A stretch of DNA of 64,000 nucleotides, taken from positions 109,802,001 through 109,866,000 of the forward strand of contig OZ024744.1 of the NCBI GenBank assembly GCA_964016885.1. Direction: 5' to 3'. A program made the translations under genes and the position numbers. Numbering within the stretch: the first letter of the stretch is position 1; each line of letters starts with the position of its first letter. This document shows positions 63,901-64,000 of this stretch, in pieces. This stretch comes from Eledone cirrhosa (lineage: Eukaryota). The notes beneath the pieces were generated by a model that did no database searches, had not been told where the DNA came from, and worked only from the letters and a program-made list of their open reading frames with translations.

Positions 63901-64000
63901 ATGTGTCTCTACCTCACTGTCCCTGTCTCTCTACCTCTCTGTCCATGTGTCTCTACCTCTCTGTCCATGTGTCTCTACCTCTCTGTCCATGTCTCTCTAC
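18934..64000. repeat. 22-bp tandem satellite CTCTACCTC[T/A]CTGTCC[A/C]TGT[G/C]T, about 2,050 monomers, running off the window end
   Basis: Uninterrupted head-to-tail array with occasional 20-, 21- and 24-bp variant monomers. Higher-order duplications are traced by rare variants. Confidence 0.99.

Noticed and set aside
18934-64000. CRISPR array or telomerase-type terminal repeat
   Set aside because: There are no unique spacers and no cas genes, and the context is eukaryotic. The purine/G-rich strand runs toward the unique sequence rather than toward a putative end, and the unit is not TTAGGG-like.

Overview
Eukaryotic, repeat-only window with no recognisable host gene. It is probably cephalopod (Octopus-like), inferred from a SINE-like repeat family and the microsatellite style. 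1-6.6 kb is a (TA)n/(TG)n microsatellite matrix holding short islands derived from Penelope-like elements (PLEs). Several islands carry type I hammerhead ribozyme (HHR) motifs with palindromic stem III. The most striking is a perfect 340-bp palindrome (2697-3036) that encodes an intact-core hammerhead on each strand. A second, apparently covarying hairpin lies about 50 nt downstream of the cleavage site in three dissimilar HHR islands. 7.9-17.9 kb holds three decayed autonomous retroelements: an RTE-clade LINE with three C-terminal C2H2 fingers, a 5'-truncated Penelope (RT + GIY-YIG, minus strand, relic HHR in its pLTR) and a Ty3/gypsy LTR element with an intact -1 frameshift signal. From 18.9 kb to the end lies a more than 45-kb array of a 22-bp satellite with three binary variant positions and nested higher-order duplications (about 1.76, 3.1, 7.1 and 14.2 kb). 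Its giant ORFs are artefacts of the repeat. All structures were read by eye; no database search or folding program was run.
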